Shown here piece after piece: positions 12,151 to 30,318 of a stretch of 64,000 nt of DNA. A model generated the notes under the pieces. It worked only from the letters and a program-made list of their open reading frames with translations. It was not told where the DNA came from and ran no database searches. Made by a program: the position numbers and the translations under genes. Source of the stretch: Octopus vulgaris (taxonomy: Eukaryota); the NCBI GenBank assembly GCA_951406725.2, contig OX597819.1:89590001-89654000 (forward strand), given 5' to 3'. Position 1 is the first letter of the stretch; every line of letters begins with the position of its first letter.

Positions 12151-13371
12151 AAACATCACGAGAAGGAATTATCAGACGGAGGAGGCATGCGGTTGAAGTA
12201 AGGAAGAAATAACGTGACACCGTGAAAAACAAGTCATTAAATTTATTCTTTGATGATAAATTGTCTGTAGACTTGTAGAGGCCATTCGAATATTTATCTT
12301 TTATTTGGGGCATTTAGAATATTAAACTAATTCTGTCTTCAAACGTTATGCGCAATAAAACTTTCTTTTTTTATTATCTTCTTTGTATCGAGTTCCAAAG
12401 CAAATCTTAAATGATACAAGTTTGTCTCAAGTAGTATGCTCCACATTCAACATTTGATGACGATGTCAGTTTGAAGACTAAAAGACTGTTAGTGTTTATT
12501 TGAGCTTCATAAAAGAATCTTATATGCAATTTATTCCAACCATATGAAATGTCGCTGAAAGTCTGATTTTTCTGATAACTTATCAGAACATTGAATTTAT
12601 ACGTGTAATACAGCCAATAGTGGAAACTATATCTAAAACCCTTACAAGAAAGAAATAATTTCGAGAGCAAAGGAAAATAATTATTAAAGCTAACCAATGA
12701 GATTAAATCAAAATATCAGCTATTGGTAACATTCAGTTTACAAAAGATGATAATTACACACATAACTTTCGTTCAATTTTTCAATGGAAATCTGTGAATT
12801 TAATTAAAAAGAGAGTAACGTTGTCAATACAAGAATCATGATGAAATAATTGTTAACTTTGATGATATCCGCAGAAATAATATATCAAACACTGATGGTA
12901 ATTAATAATCTGGCTATCGAAATATGAAGAATTTTGGCGATTGTATGGTTCTTCCTGTTTTAAGCTACATTATTCAGTATTGAACTATATTCAGATTTGT
13001 TGCTAAATTGTTCTTTTTTGCTGTTGTTTTGTCGCCTTAATTAAAAATTGGTCAACTATTTGTTTTTTCCCTTGTGTAAAATTGACAGAAAAACTAAATA
13101 TATTTAGATTATTCTGCTCGACCATCCTTAATCAGAATCATCCATCAATGGGTGATTTGACTAATTGAATTAAGGGGACATTACTACGATTTCTTATACT
13201 CAACCAAGTTAGCGATAGATTCTTTAGTCTGGCTCCACATTACTCTGATATGTTGTTTAGAGGTACCACCCAAAGTATTTTTACACGCGAAACACAGGCA
13301 TAGGCGCGTGCGCACACACACACACAATGCTAAAAATATACATACATATAATTTTATATTCGAATTTAGAT

Positions 13372-13706
13372 CAGTGGTTCTCATTCAGGGTCCATATGAC
13401 ACTTAGGTGTCCATAAAACCCTTTGGGCATCAATATGACCATTGATAATCAAAATGACCCATGGATATTCGTATGGCCTTCGGGGATACATATAAGATTT
13501 TGTTGGTAAAGTTTAGTAGCAATAAATTGGTTATACTCCAACAATACACGAAACATTTTAACATTTTTTAATATTGTTCCTAATAATATTTAATTATGAA
13601 AATCTAAAAGGATTTCTTTTCTTAAACATCGAATGGTTATGGTGGTCCAGTACAGTAATATAGGAATCAAAGGAGCCCATAGGCAAAAAATGGTTGAGAG
13701 TAAGTG
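13372..13706. mobile_element. hAT-Charlie-type MITE
   Basis: Termini CAGTGGTTCTCA and GGTTGAGAGTAAGTG (degenerate TIR); 8-bp target-site duplication ATTTAGAT / ATTTGGAT. Confidence 0.7.
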
Positions 13707-13984
13707 ATTTGGATCAAAAACTGAAAGTGGTAAATGAGTTTCGGAACCTTAGGTCCATTGCTACAAGTGATTCTATCCGATACGCAGAACTCAAGAAGCT
13801 CATCGGCAAAGCAGTTACTACTGTCTCAAAACTTACAAAGAAAGTATAAACAGCTCAGATCATGTATCATAATCGAGCTGTTCAAGACTTGTGTTCATTG
13901 CATATTTCTAAGTGATAACGAATCGTCGATAATATATTCTTCGCATGAATACTAACTTCCTGTGTTCTATATGAGGTATCTGTT

Positions 13985-14450
13985 CAGAATTCTTGGATCA
14001 AATCGGAGGATAGGATCTGCAACACTGATATATTTATGACAGCAAACGTACCCTGAAGGTTAACCTTCTTATACCAAAGACTGCCTCTATGGCTTTGACA
14101 TGTCCGCACAATGGACATGGATGACGGTCGTATTCCAAACGACATGCAATCTGGACCAAGAGACAGACTGCCCGAACCTCCGATGCGATGACGTGTGCAA
14201 GCATGACATCCAACATTAATTAACCTTGTCACATAGGAAACAGCCGCAGACAGCAACGGTTTTTCGTTTCTTTTCCTTCTTTTTCCTTTCTTTCTTTCTT
14301 TTTTTTTTTTGAAATAGCAAATGCCATAGGGCAAACCCTTCATAAAACATGGATGATGATGGTCTGCAACATGCGCCACATTTTTATGTCAGCACTACAG
14401 TGAAGGCTGCCAGTTGAAAATTGTTCTCCGTCATTTCAGATTTTTCTCTT
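13985..14450 (+). pseudogene. RTE LINE C-terminal relic
   Basis: Frameshifted peptides RILG, EDRICNTD, QRLPLWL*HVRTMDMDDGRIPND and DVCKHDI match the RTE C-terminal W.DR..N/RLRWLGHV.RM.DGRIPK signature. Confidence 0.7.
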
Positions 14451-14494
14451 CTTCCTCCGTCACTCTCTTTGGTGCCCATAACACACGCACACAC

Positions 14495-14540
<46 letters not shown>

Positions 14541-14627
14541 GTGTGTGTGTGTGTATACATATATATGTATGTATGTGTGTGTATATATACATATATACAT
14601 ACATATACATATATACATATATATACT

Positions 14628-14669
<42 letters not shown>

Positions 14670-14674
14670 CTTAT

Positions 14675-14756
<82 letters not shown>

Positions 14757-14760
<4 letters not shown>

Positions 14761-15318
14761 AAATAAGGGTTCAGATAAAATCAAGTACTTGAAAAGATAT
14801 GCACCAGGCAGGATTGGATAAACCTGTGGTTCCAGCCTATGGTTGGTAAGTATCAATTAGGAGTATTCAGCGCCTAGGGGCTAGTCCAAACCCCGCTTTA
14901 CTTTGAATAGTACGTTGTTGGTATTCTCTAGGGTGTCCAACAAGTCGTAAGACCCCTTGGTGTATTATAATCGAATGAATAATGATAGACGATGGATTTC
15001 TTACGCATCTTTTTTATAGAAGAATGTGAACATTACTTCATTACAAAAACCATAATCATCAGCTGAAACGTAATTTTACAAACAAACGAATATCCCCAAA
15101 ATACAGCAGATATGGCTGAAGTCTGTCAAGGTCTCACAGACTTCAGCCACATCCCTGCTGTATTCTTGCGATATTCTTTTGTTTGTATAATTACGTTTCA
15201 GCTGTTGATTACGGTTTTTGTAATGAAGTAATATTCTCATTCTTCTATTAAAAAGATGGGTAAGAAACAGCTGTAATGAACTGAGAATTATCCATCGTAT
15301 GTTATTCATTATATTCAT
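14757..15318. mobile_element. Non-coding element with ~160-bp inverted arms and a degenerate hammerhead
   Basis: Arms ~14974-15125 and ~15136-15310 around GGCTGAAGTCTGT-loop-ACAGACTTCAGCC; flanked by (TA)n. Confidence 0.7.
15197..15280 (+). ncRNA. Type I hammerhead ribozyme, degenerate
   Basis: TTCAG-CTGTTGA-TTAC...GTAA-GAAA-CAGCTG-TA-ATGAA; the opposite arm retains CTGATGA but has lost the stem III segment. Confidence 0.6.
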
Positions 15319-15329
15319 ATATATATATA

Positions 15330-15803
15330 GTGGCTGCGCCCTCGTTATCGAGTATGGCCATTGCACGAAGCTTAATCAATGTTGTTATCGTGCAATGCCT
15401 GTGCAAGAAGTTTTTTTTTAAGTGAGGAAAGGCTGTGCACTGAGTTAATCTCACTCACTAAGCAACAGCAACCATAATCCGAAAAGAAGAACAAGTCAAC
15501 ACCATCGGTAACTACTGAGCCGCAGGTTTTATGTCGGAGTTATCCCAGGTACCTGAGTTACCTTCTCCTAGAAGGATGCCCTAACAAAGGCTAGGAGTCC
15601 TTCACTCCCAATGGTTTAACCGCGCGATCGGGTATACAGTCCGATTATTTCTATGTCCCCGCGCAAGATACAGCCTTAAGACATTTATTGGATGGTTGTT
15701 GACTCTCAAGAGTTCCTCCGCCCTTTGACGGGTTTTGTTTTTCATCACGCAGGGTGTCCAATAAACACCCTCCTCACCAAGCAAGCCGGTTTAGTCGCCG
15801 ACT
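15330..15803 (-). mobile_element. Putative internally deleted RTE-derived non-autonomous retroposon
   Basis: Minus strand has the RTE-5'UTR-like CTAGGAGAAGGTAACTC motif and ends CGAGGGCGCAGCCAC-(TA)n; no ORF. Confidence 0.45.
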
Positions 15804-16138
15804 ATATATATTTGGTTTTTGGATTTGATTTGCAAGATTCTTTATATGAGTTCGTGTGTTGAAGCATATTCTGTTGTGTCATTTCTTATTTTTATTTTTA
15901 TTTTTTATCTTTTAAATTTTTAAATTTTTATTTTTAATCATTGTTATTTTTATTTATTAAAAATAAGAAATAAGTGGAAATGTTACCGGTGAGTGTGTTA
16001 CATTGTAAGGCACAAAAAGAAAATGACTCTCCCTAGACACAACAGTATGTGATCTCTTGAGCACCACCAGCAAATATATTTTTTTCCTCTGTCTTCCCTT
16101 CTCGGGATCTTCCCTTCTCGGGATCTTCCCTTCTCCTT

Positions 16139-16205
16139 TGTTTCCGACGAAGAGCTCCGCTCGAAACGTTAAACCCTCCTTCCCTTCTTTCCTGAGCGTC
16201 AAATA
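16139..16205 (+). ncRNA. Type I hammerhead ribozyme variant (CCGACGA core)
   Basis: TGTTT-CCGACGA-A-GAGC-TCC-GCTC-GAAA-CGTT-loop-AGCG-TC-AAATA, within a segment ending at (TA)n at 16270. Confidence 0.65.
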
Positions 16206-16264
16206 ATACTTTAATTGTTCCACGTCCTCGCGTTGCTGTTTTTTCTGTGTTTTCTTGTTTGGAT

Positions 16265-16310
<46 letters not shown>

Positions 16311-17109
16311 ATGCAGTATTAGAGAACCATTCCAGTCAACTCAGTTTCCCTCACGAGTTAAGGGAGAACCTGTGCTCATCAAAAGGCCTGTTATGAAAAG
16401 TATGGCTGAAGAAAAGGTTTCTATCTCATACACCTGATTAGCCCGACATCTTTTCCAGTAGCATCCCAGTGTTGAGCTCGTTAGATGGAGTAGGGATATA
16501 TTTTCTTTTTTCATTTCTTCGTTTTTTTTTTTGTTTTTGCTTATCCTAGGTCATACAATTCCATAGAGGTAAAGAGATATATAATATGTATCTGCCGCTA
16601 ATAAATATATGTAATTGTTGTAAGTATTTAATGATTATGAAGAACGCACTGCCAGGGATGATAGCTATAGGGCACATGTTACAAGCACCCTATTGCAATG
16701 TACTCTGCAGCATATAGGAACCTGTAAATCGTCTAAGAATACATATCTGAAAAAATAACTGGCTCTCGCATATTTGTCAATAGAGTGGGTATATCGATAT
16801 ACAATACAGAATTATAGATTTATAATATAATATTATTTCAACCGATTTTTTTCTGTCGTACACGAGTTTAGGTGGAGAATCTAATGTTATTTAATTTTAT
16901 CTTTTGATTCAGACACAAATTTATAATATGAAATGTTTAAAATGCCTATGAAGTGAGTAATGAGCTTGGAAAGTTTGGTGGGAGTGGGACTTCTATTCAA
17001 ATCAAGCTAGTCTGAAAAGTATCTTTGACCACAAATTTTTATATTGCCTATAAGTATCTCTTAGAGTATCCCTTCTGGAAAGCTCATAGTAGAGAAGCAG
17101 GACTTATAC

Positions 17110-17325
17110 TGTTGGTTTCAAGTTTTGGCTCAAGGCCAGCAATTTCGGGGGAAAGGATGAGTCGATTGCATCGATCCCAATGCTCAAGTAGTACTTATTT
17201 TATCGACCCCGAAAGGATGGAAGTCGAAATCGACTCCGCTAGAATTTGACCTCAGAACGTGAAGACTGACAAAATACCTTTAAACATGTTTTACCCGGCG
17301 GATAACGATTCTTCCAGCTAACCAC
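17110..17325 (-). mobile_element. Meta-type SINE copy
   Basis: Reverse complement of the 8591-8820 family (CATCCTTTCGGGGTCGATAAAATAAGTAC). Confidence 0.75.
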
Positions 17326-17865
17326 CTAGGTATTATAATATTAATATTTTTCAAGTAGTATTTGTTTATTGATAAAAAAAAATCTCCGAACAATATCTCC
17401 CAATGTTCCGTCAATAAGAGGATTCAATTTGAGATTTACAGTTTGAGACGATACTCATTAGTAAAGCAGTTATCTTTGCTGGTTTAGAGCAGTGTTTTGT
17501 GTATCTGTACGGTGCTTATTTAGAGCAAGGTCATCTGGGCCAAGGAAAAATAGTGGAACACTAACATGACTCATCAATTTTTAATAAAGAAACTAACAAT
17601 TTGCAGACTAAGGTTAGCTTTCGGCAACTGCCAACTGATTAACCAGTTCTTATGAGCAACAAGTCAGTTGCGATGATAGAACAATAACAATAACAACAAC
17701 AATAATAGTAATAATAATCACAAATAGGATAAATGTTCATAAATTTAGAGAAACAGGAAAATGGTGGAGAAGTATAACATAACTTAATGCAATTAAACAG
17801 GAAATTTGAATATTAAAAGAATATAATTGGTCCTTTAGGGCTTTCTGTATCCCAATCTCCTTACC

Positions 17866-22590
<4,725 letters not shown>

Positions 22591-23016
22591 GGGCTAGCTG
22601 TGTAGATAATGAGTTCACTCAGCAACCAAATGGTTTCGAATTCTACTCCGCTGCATGGCACCATAACCTCAGGCTAAACAATGCCACGTGAGTGAAATTG
22701 ACAGGCAGAAATTGTGCAGAGCCTCCTCTTATGCGTGTATGTGTGCGTGTGAATGTTTTAACTCCGTGTGTTTTCGCATGACATCGTCTGCTGTCATGTT
22801 CGCATAGCCTGTCAGCAAAACCTCTTGTGGTTCTGCTCATTCAACCGTTGGAATAATAAAAATCCCTTATTCGAAAAACATGTGGGTGTTACAACAGAAA
22901 GAGCATTATGCTGTATCATGCTGTCTCAATAACTCTTACTCCAATCCATGTAAAAACGGACGTAAAACGGACGAACTATATACAGAGCGGTGAAGAGTTT
23001 CATTAGTCTTCGGCTT

Positions 23017-23081
23017 TAGAGTCTGACGAGACATCCACGAAGCTACAGCCTTTATGGATGCGAAACCAATTTTTCACTCTA
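23017..23081 (+). ncRNA. Type I hammerhead ribozyme, stem III degenerate
   Basis: TAGAGT-CTGACGA-G-A-CATCCA-loop-TGGATG-C-GAAA-CCAATTTT-TC-ACTCTA; 6-bp stem I; stem III looks like a decayed CCAATTGG palindrome. Confidence 0.7.
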
Positions 23082-23127
23082 CGACCGGATATAGACTCAA
23101 TTACTTTTAATATATATATTATATATA

Positions 23128-24240
23128 TTAGGTCGTCAAGTACGAAATTTGTAGAAGAGAAAAAAGTTTGCTAATGTTTAATGTTTTATAAATACAAGGA
23201 ATAGTTTTATTCATCAAAGTATGCACCCATATTGTCAATACATTTCTGTTATTTCAGCGGTAGCTTGTCCAGCCAGGAACTGTAAAAGCCTGGCAATCTA
23301 GAGTCAATAAAATCTTGGAATTTCCAGCATCGTCGGAATTAAATTTTTTTCCTATTATAAAGTTATTCAAATTCTGGAAGAAGTGGTAGTCAGTGCATGT
23401 AAGACCAGGTGAGTATGGTGGATGATGGAGAACTTCCAACTCCAACCCCTGTAGTTTCGCCAATGTCATTTTTGCGATATGTGGTCTGGCGTTGTTTTGC
23501 AATAAAATAGGAGTGGATCTGTTAACTAATCTAGGCTGCTTTTTGTAAGTTTTCGCCTCATTTGGTCCAGTTGGCTGTAGTATACTTCGGCCGAGATTGA
23601 TGAGCCAGGTTTAATGAAATCATAATAGATCACACCTGCGCCAGACTATCAAACATGCCCCATCAGCTTCTTTTGATGAATTTTGCTTTTTGGACTGTAT
23701 TTTGTTGGCTCGTCTTTGTTCAACCATTGTGCTGAAAGTTTACGGTTGTTGTATTGAATTCATTTCTCATAACATGTTACAATTCGATTCAAAAATGATT
23801 CCTTTTTGTGACGAGAAAGTAGCATAATGCAGGCTCCCAAACGTTGCTGTTTCTGATTTTCATTGAGTTCATGTGGAACTCACTTATCCAACTGTTTCAC
23901 ATCACCGATTTGAAGAAGGTGAGTCAATATTGTTTGCTTGCTAACACCAACCAACAACAACTATAATTCAGGGCACTTTGAGATGGATCTGACTGGACGG
24001 TGGCTTTTAGTTTGTCATAATCCACATTTGTTTTTGGTCGACTGTGTTGCTCATTTGTGAGGTCAAAGTTACCAGAACAAAATTTTGCAAACCAATTTCA
24101 CATTGTCTGCTGTGTAATAACATTAGAATGAAATATTCCATTAATATCCCGTGCTGTCTGTGATGCTGTATTTCCAAGAAAGAACTCATATTTCAAAACT
24201 GTACGAATTTCTGACTTATCCATCTCTAAACAAAAATAAT
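23128..24240 (-). mobile_element. Inactive mariner transposon (transposase pseudogene, ATG at 24223)
   Basis: MDKSEIRTVLKYEF, *VPHEL, IVTCYEK*I, QNNARPH and HPPYSPGLTCTDYHFF match the mariner WVPHEL/TGDEKW/HDNARPH/YSPDL motifs, with stops and frameshifts; TA-flanked TIR-like TTAGGTCGTCAAG at 23128. Confidence 0.92.
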
Positions 24241-24242
24241 TT

Positions 24243-24685
<443 letters not shown>

Positions 24686-25687
24686 CACAACTATTTCTAT
24701 CCACTACAAATTTCCAATCTTTGGTGCGATGTGCTGGCTTGTGTGCATCAGTAACCTTAGCGGTATGCTAGTTGAGTGCAAACACCTGATATTTGAGTGC
24801 AAACTCCCATGATGGGCAGGTTAATGGAGATATGTCACATAAATGTAGATCAATTTCACCTAGAGGTAAAAATGGGCTTATATAGGATCAACATCTCAAC
24901 CTAGAAAACAAGCGAAGTTACAGGAGCATCGATAACAATTCAAAAACCAACATGATCTGGGCAAGGAAGACCTTCACTCGGGAAAACATATGACGCGGCA
25001 CAGCAAAATAAAACAACATATTGCATTACATATCAGGTCCTTCCCAAAAGCCGTCTAGGAAGATGCCCTAAAAATTACAGATGGCGGGATACTGAGACAA
25101 CTAGGAACAATAGCAGAGATCCCACAGCAAAGACGTAGAAAAGACAGACAAGAGTGGAGAGAGGAGTAGAAAAGTCGTTGATAGCCTATACCCATAAGGA
25201 TCGAAGGGCTTAAGTAGGTGGTTACGTTTATTTCTTTGCATTTATGGCCTCCGATGGCCACGGATATTAGCTGCATAAATCACCAATATAAGTGTCATAA
25301 AGCAATATAAATGTCGTAATTTGTTTCAACTGAGAACTGAAACCGGTTCGCAGCTGCGGTTTAGATCAGTGGGCTAAATTTAGTGCATTTGTGCTCTTAT
25401 GATACTAACTTGGCCTGAAAAGGCTTATGGTCAGTGTCGAAAGTAATGTAAACACATTAAAAGGATAGAAATAGTTGTTTGCTGAAGAAATCTTCCGGAA
25501 CGCTAGTCTTAGATTCAATTGGAAATGAATGCACGATTCAAGTAGGCAGAGAGCAATAGATGTAATAATAGATAAAAATATATATATNNNNNNNNNNNNN
25601 NNNNNNNNNNNNNNNNNNNNNNNNNNNNNNNNNNNNNNNNNNNNNNNNNNNNNNNNNNNNNNNNNNNNNNNNNNNNNNNNNNNNNNN

Positions 25688-27893
25688 AGTTTAATCTAAA
25701 ATCTAAGTTCTTACTTTTAAGTTCCCAAATATATGCACTTAGCCCTGTAGAGTACATTCTATTTTTATTCCTAAAAGTATATCTATGATAATTCCATCTT
25801 TGTTTTATGCTATTCATAGTTGCCCCGATATACACTCTACTACTCAATTGTGTATCTACAGTGCATTGGTAAACTACCTCCTTCCTGAGGCATTGATTAC
25901 CAAATACACATTTATTTTTATTTCTGCAATTACAAAGATTAACAGAATGAGGAAATCTAAGATTGGACACCACCCCTGTACTACTATTCACATTATAAGT
26001 GTTACAATTGTTATCATCATCCAAACCCAAAATCAACGAATGAGTTAATTCCACATTATCGGCTATATTCCTATCACTAGTACTAGTATTGGTAGTAGTG
26101 GTATGATCTAATACATTTATATTATCTCTGACAGGTATGGTGCACTCATTATTAGTAAGGAGGTTGCTCCCATTTGTTCCAAGAAAATTTCTATTCCTAT
26201 TATTAATGAAGAGGGGCAAGTTTTCCTGGTCTAAATTCAATTTTCTATCCTTATAGAAGTGATCTAGTTTCTTGTTATTAAAAGAGGAGATGATGGTGGC
26301 TAGATTATGAGTAATGCTATATCCCACTCTAACAGTACCGTTGTTAATTAAAGGACTAAATTTATTCCTATCCTTACCAAAATGCCTAAAAATAATATTA
26401 TGCAAAGCTCTCACTATGTTTGTTTTAATCTGCATTGCATACGGGATAATCAACCAAAGAGTATCCTTATCAGAATTAGGATTGCCTATAGAATTAATGT
26501 TATTTGTAAAAATCCTATTCGTAGACCAACTCATAGGATTACTATTCTTACCACTGTCATTGTTATGTCTATCTATATCAATATTACCATGGTTATTGCG
26601 CAAGTAAACTTTACCATTATCATGTCTACCATAAGTTTTAATTCGTATATTATTATTAATATTACTACTACTACTCGTATGTTTAGATCTATTTGAGCTA
26701 CCGTTCACCTTTCCAAGGTTAACGTCACTTCTACATTTATTATAGGTGTTATCATATATTCTGTTTTTACTATTCTTATGTATATTGTTGATTATCCTAA
26801 ATCTATTTGTGTTGTTCTTGATAGTTCTACCTCCATTAGGGGGTTCCCCTTAGGTATAAACCAAATCTTACTTTTATATCCTGCCTTAAGTAATGCTGCA
26901 TTGTATCTATCACAGTGTTTGTTAAAAATTTCCTCGTTTGAGGATAAACTAGAAATTCTTTGACTAATGCTACGCACTAGTGCATTTTTAATTTGAGGGG
27001 GGTGATTACTAGAACGGTTAATGTATATTAGGTTAGAATTGGGTTTAATATAGGGTTCATGTAAACCATTAGTAATGTTACAATTAACATCTAAATAATT
27101 AGCAGAATAATTTTCACTTTCAATGATAATGGATAAGCCGAAGCTTTTAAAAAATTTGTTTATTCTTTTTTTCAGAAGATCTAATCTCCTATTTGATGTA
27201 TTCCTAACACAAAATAAGGCGTCATCCCTGTATAATCCGCCTTTTAATTCAGGGAATTCCCTACTAAAGTTATCCAATAGATACATCCCAACTAGATCAG
27301 TCACCTCCGCTGAGTCCGGCGATCCCATTGTGATATCGAACAAGTTGGGTGTGTCCTTTCTAGCCCAAAGTTTATTATCAAACTCTATTAAAGTTTTCCT
27401 GGCTGTTAGTATAACCTTAATCTCCCCCATACTTAATTTAGTGTGTTTTCTAGCAAAAATTAAGGACTTATTTAATATAATAGGGTTAATTGAAGTGTAA
27501 TAATTCTGTATATCGAATTGTATAAATTTATTTCTATTATAGCTAAAGTTGTTACTGTCACAGACCTTAATGGTAGAAAACCAATCCAAAGCACCCTGAG
27601 TATTCTTCCAAAGGTTTAGTTTGATTTTATTGCGGATGGTGGGTAGATATTTATCTAGAATGAGTTTACTTAGTCTGCCTAAGTCAGATTTAGTGGGGCA
27701 AATTAATCTGACCTGTGTGTTTCCAAGAAAATTCTCTTTATGATCCTTTAGTGTAATTCTCGGTCTGGATGGGGTGTAGGGTTCCGTTTTTCTTCTAGGT
27801 AGTAGTCAAATATGATTTCTCTGATCTCCAGGTTCAGCTTTCTAAGTGTACTAGAAGGTACTACTTTGTATTTCTTGGTTATTTCCTTGTGTA
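25688..27893 (-). mobile_element. Penelope-like element (Naiad-like), 5'-truncated inverted copy: RT, CxCx5Cx5C linker, GIY-YIG
   Basis: FDIQNYYTSI, MGSPDSAE, GLYRDD, CNCRNKNKCVFGNQC, VVYQC..VYIGAT...KQRW; near-identical inverse of 28519-30318; 3' end lost in N gap. Confidence 0.93.
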
Positions 27894-28055
27894 CAACCCC
27901 TATCTCATTTTATAACCTAAATTTATCTTTTGAGGAACCTGAATTGCTCATACTGGTGTAATATAAGCATCCATTTATTGATTTAAATATTAATAGTGCA
28001 TGTGAATACACCCTAGTGTAGTATATTTGTTCCTTTGATCATTACTGCTAGAAGA

Positions 28056-30318
28056 ATGGAGAAAATACTGATCAATTCATCAATGAAGGATGTACCTATC
28101 CCTACCAAAGACCATTACACTAAAGAACTAATTTATAGAATGAATGAATTCATCCATAGGATCAGATGGAGGATTTTCCACCATGAGAACTATAATAATA
28201 AAATAAACCAACAACACACTGGAGAAACGATCCGTAATGGAATTGGAAGCACCTATGAAGAAATATTAAAACTAACAAGCACTACATTTAAATCTAGAAA
28301 GTCTCCTCCACCAAATATACATCTAGACAATTTTGAACAAGAACTATGGGAGACTGTAAAAAACATAAAATTTAGAAATCATCCTTTAAGATATAACCCG
28401 CACCAAAGAGAATTGAAAGACTTAATTAGAACTCTCAAAGGTAAGAGTGGCATTCTAACACATTCTGACAAAACTAACAACATCTACAACATTGACATTA
28501 CTGCATATCATGATCTTCTACACAAGGAAATAACCAAGAAATACAAAGTAGTACCTTCTAGTACACTTAGAAAGCTGAACCTGGAGATCAGAGAAATCAT
28601 ATTTGACTACTACCTAGAAGAAAAAACGGAACCCTACACCCCATCCAGACCGAGAATTACACTAAAGGATCATAAAGAGAATTTTCTTGGAAACACACAG
28701 GTCAGATTAATTTGCCCCACTAAATCTGACTTAGGCAGACTAAGTAAACTCATTCTAGATAAATATCTACCCACCATCCGCAATAAAATCAAACTAAACC
28801 TTTGGAAGAATACTCAGGGTGCTTTGGATTGGTTTTCTGCCATTAAGGTCTGTGACAGTAACAACTTTAGCTATAATAGAAATAAATTTATACAATTCGA
28901 TATACAGAATTATTACACTTCAATTAACCCTATTATATTAAATAAGTCCTTAATTTTTGCTAGAAAACACACTAAATTAAGTATGGGGGAGATTAAGGTT
29001 ATACTAACAGCCAGGAAAACTTTAATAGAGTTTGATAATAAACTTTGGGCTAGAAAGGACACACCCAACTTGTTCGATATCACAATGGGATCGCCGGACT
29101 CAGCGGAGGTGACTGATCTAGTTGGGATGTATCTATTAGATAACTTTAGTAGGGAATTCCCTGAATTAAAAGGCGGATTATACAGGGATGACGCCTTATT
29201 TTGTGTTAGGAATACATCAAATAGGAGATTAGATCTTCTGAAAAAAAGAATAAACAAATTTTTTAAAAGCTTCGGCTTATCCATTATCATTGAAAGTGAA
29301 AATTATTCTGCTAATTATTTAGATGTTAATTGTAACATTACTAATGGTTTACATGAACCCTATATTAAACCTAATTCTAACCTAATATACATTAACCGTT
29401 CTAGTAATCACCCCCTCAAATTAAAAATGCACTAGTGCGTAGCATTAGTCAAAGAATTTCTAGTTTATCCTCAAACGAGGAAATTTTTAACAAACACTGT
29501 GATAGATACAATGCAGCATTACTTAAGGCAGGATATAAAAGTAAGATTTGGTTTATACCTAAGGGGAACCCCTAATGGAGGTAGAACTATCAAGAACAAC
29601 ACAAATAGATTTAGGATAATCAACAATATACATAAGAATAGTAAAAACAGAATATATGATAACACCTATAATAAATGTAGAAGTGACGTTAACCTTGGAA
29701 AGGTGAACGGTAGCTCAAATAGATCTAAACATACGAGTAGTAGTAGTAATATTAATAATAATATACGAATTAAAACTTATGGTAGACATGATAATGGTAA
29801 AGTTTACTTGCGCAATAACCATGGTAATATTGATATAGATAGACATAACAATGACAGTGGTAAGAATAGTAATCCTATGAGTTGGTCTACGAATAGGATT
29901 TTTACAAATAACATTAATTCTATAGGCAATCCTAATTCTGATAAGGATACTCTTTGGTTGATTATCCCGTATGCAATGCAGATTAAAACAAACATAGTGA
30001 GAGCTTTGCATAATATTATTTTTAGGCATTTTGGTAAGGATAGGAATAAATTTAGTCCTTTAATTAACAACGGTACTGTTAGAGTGGGATATAGCATTAC
30101 TCATAATCTAGCCACCATCATCTCCTCTTTTAATAACAAGAAACTGGATCACTTCTATAAGGATAGAAAATTGAATTTAGACCAGGAAAACTTGCCCCTC
30201 TTCATTAATAATAGGAATAGAAATTTTCTTGGAACAAATGGGAGCAACCTCCTTACTAATAATGAGTGCACCATACCTGTCAGAGATAATATAAATGTAT
30301 TAGATCATACCACTACTA
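28056..30318 (+). mobile_element. Penelope-like element (Naiad-like) ORF with intact N-terminus
   Basis: SMKDVPIP N-terminus, SDKT motif, RT motifs FDIQNYY and YRDD, thumb SSNHP; frameshifts only at homopolymer runs; runs into N gap. Confidence 0.93.
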
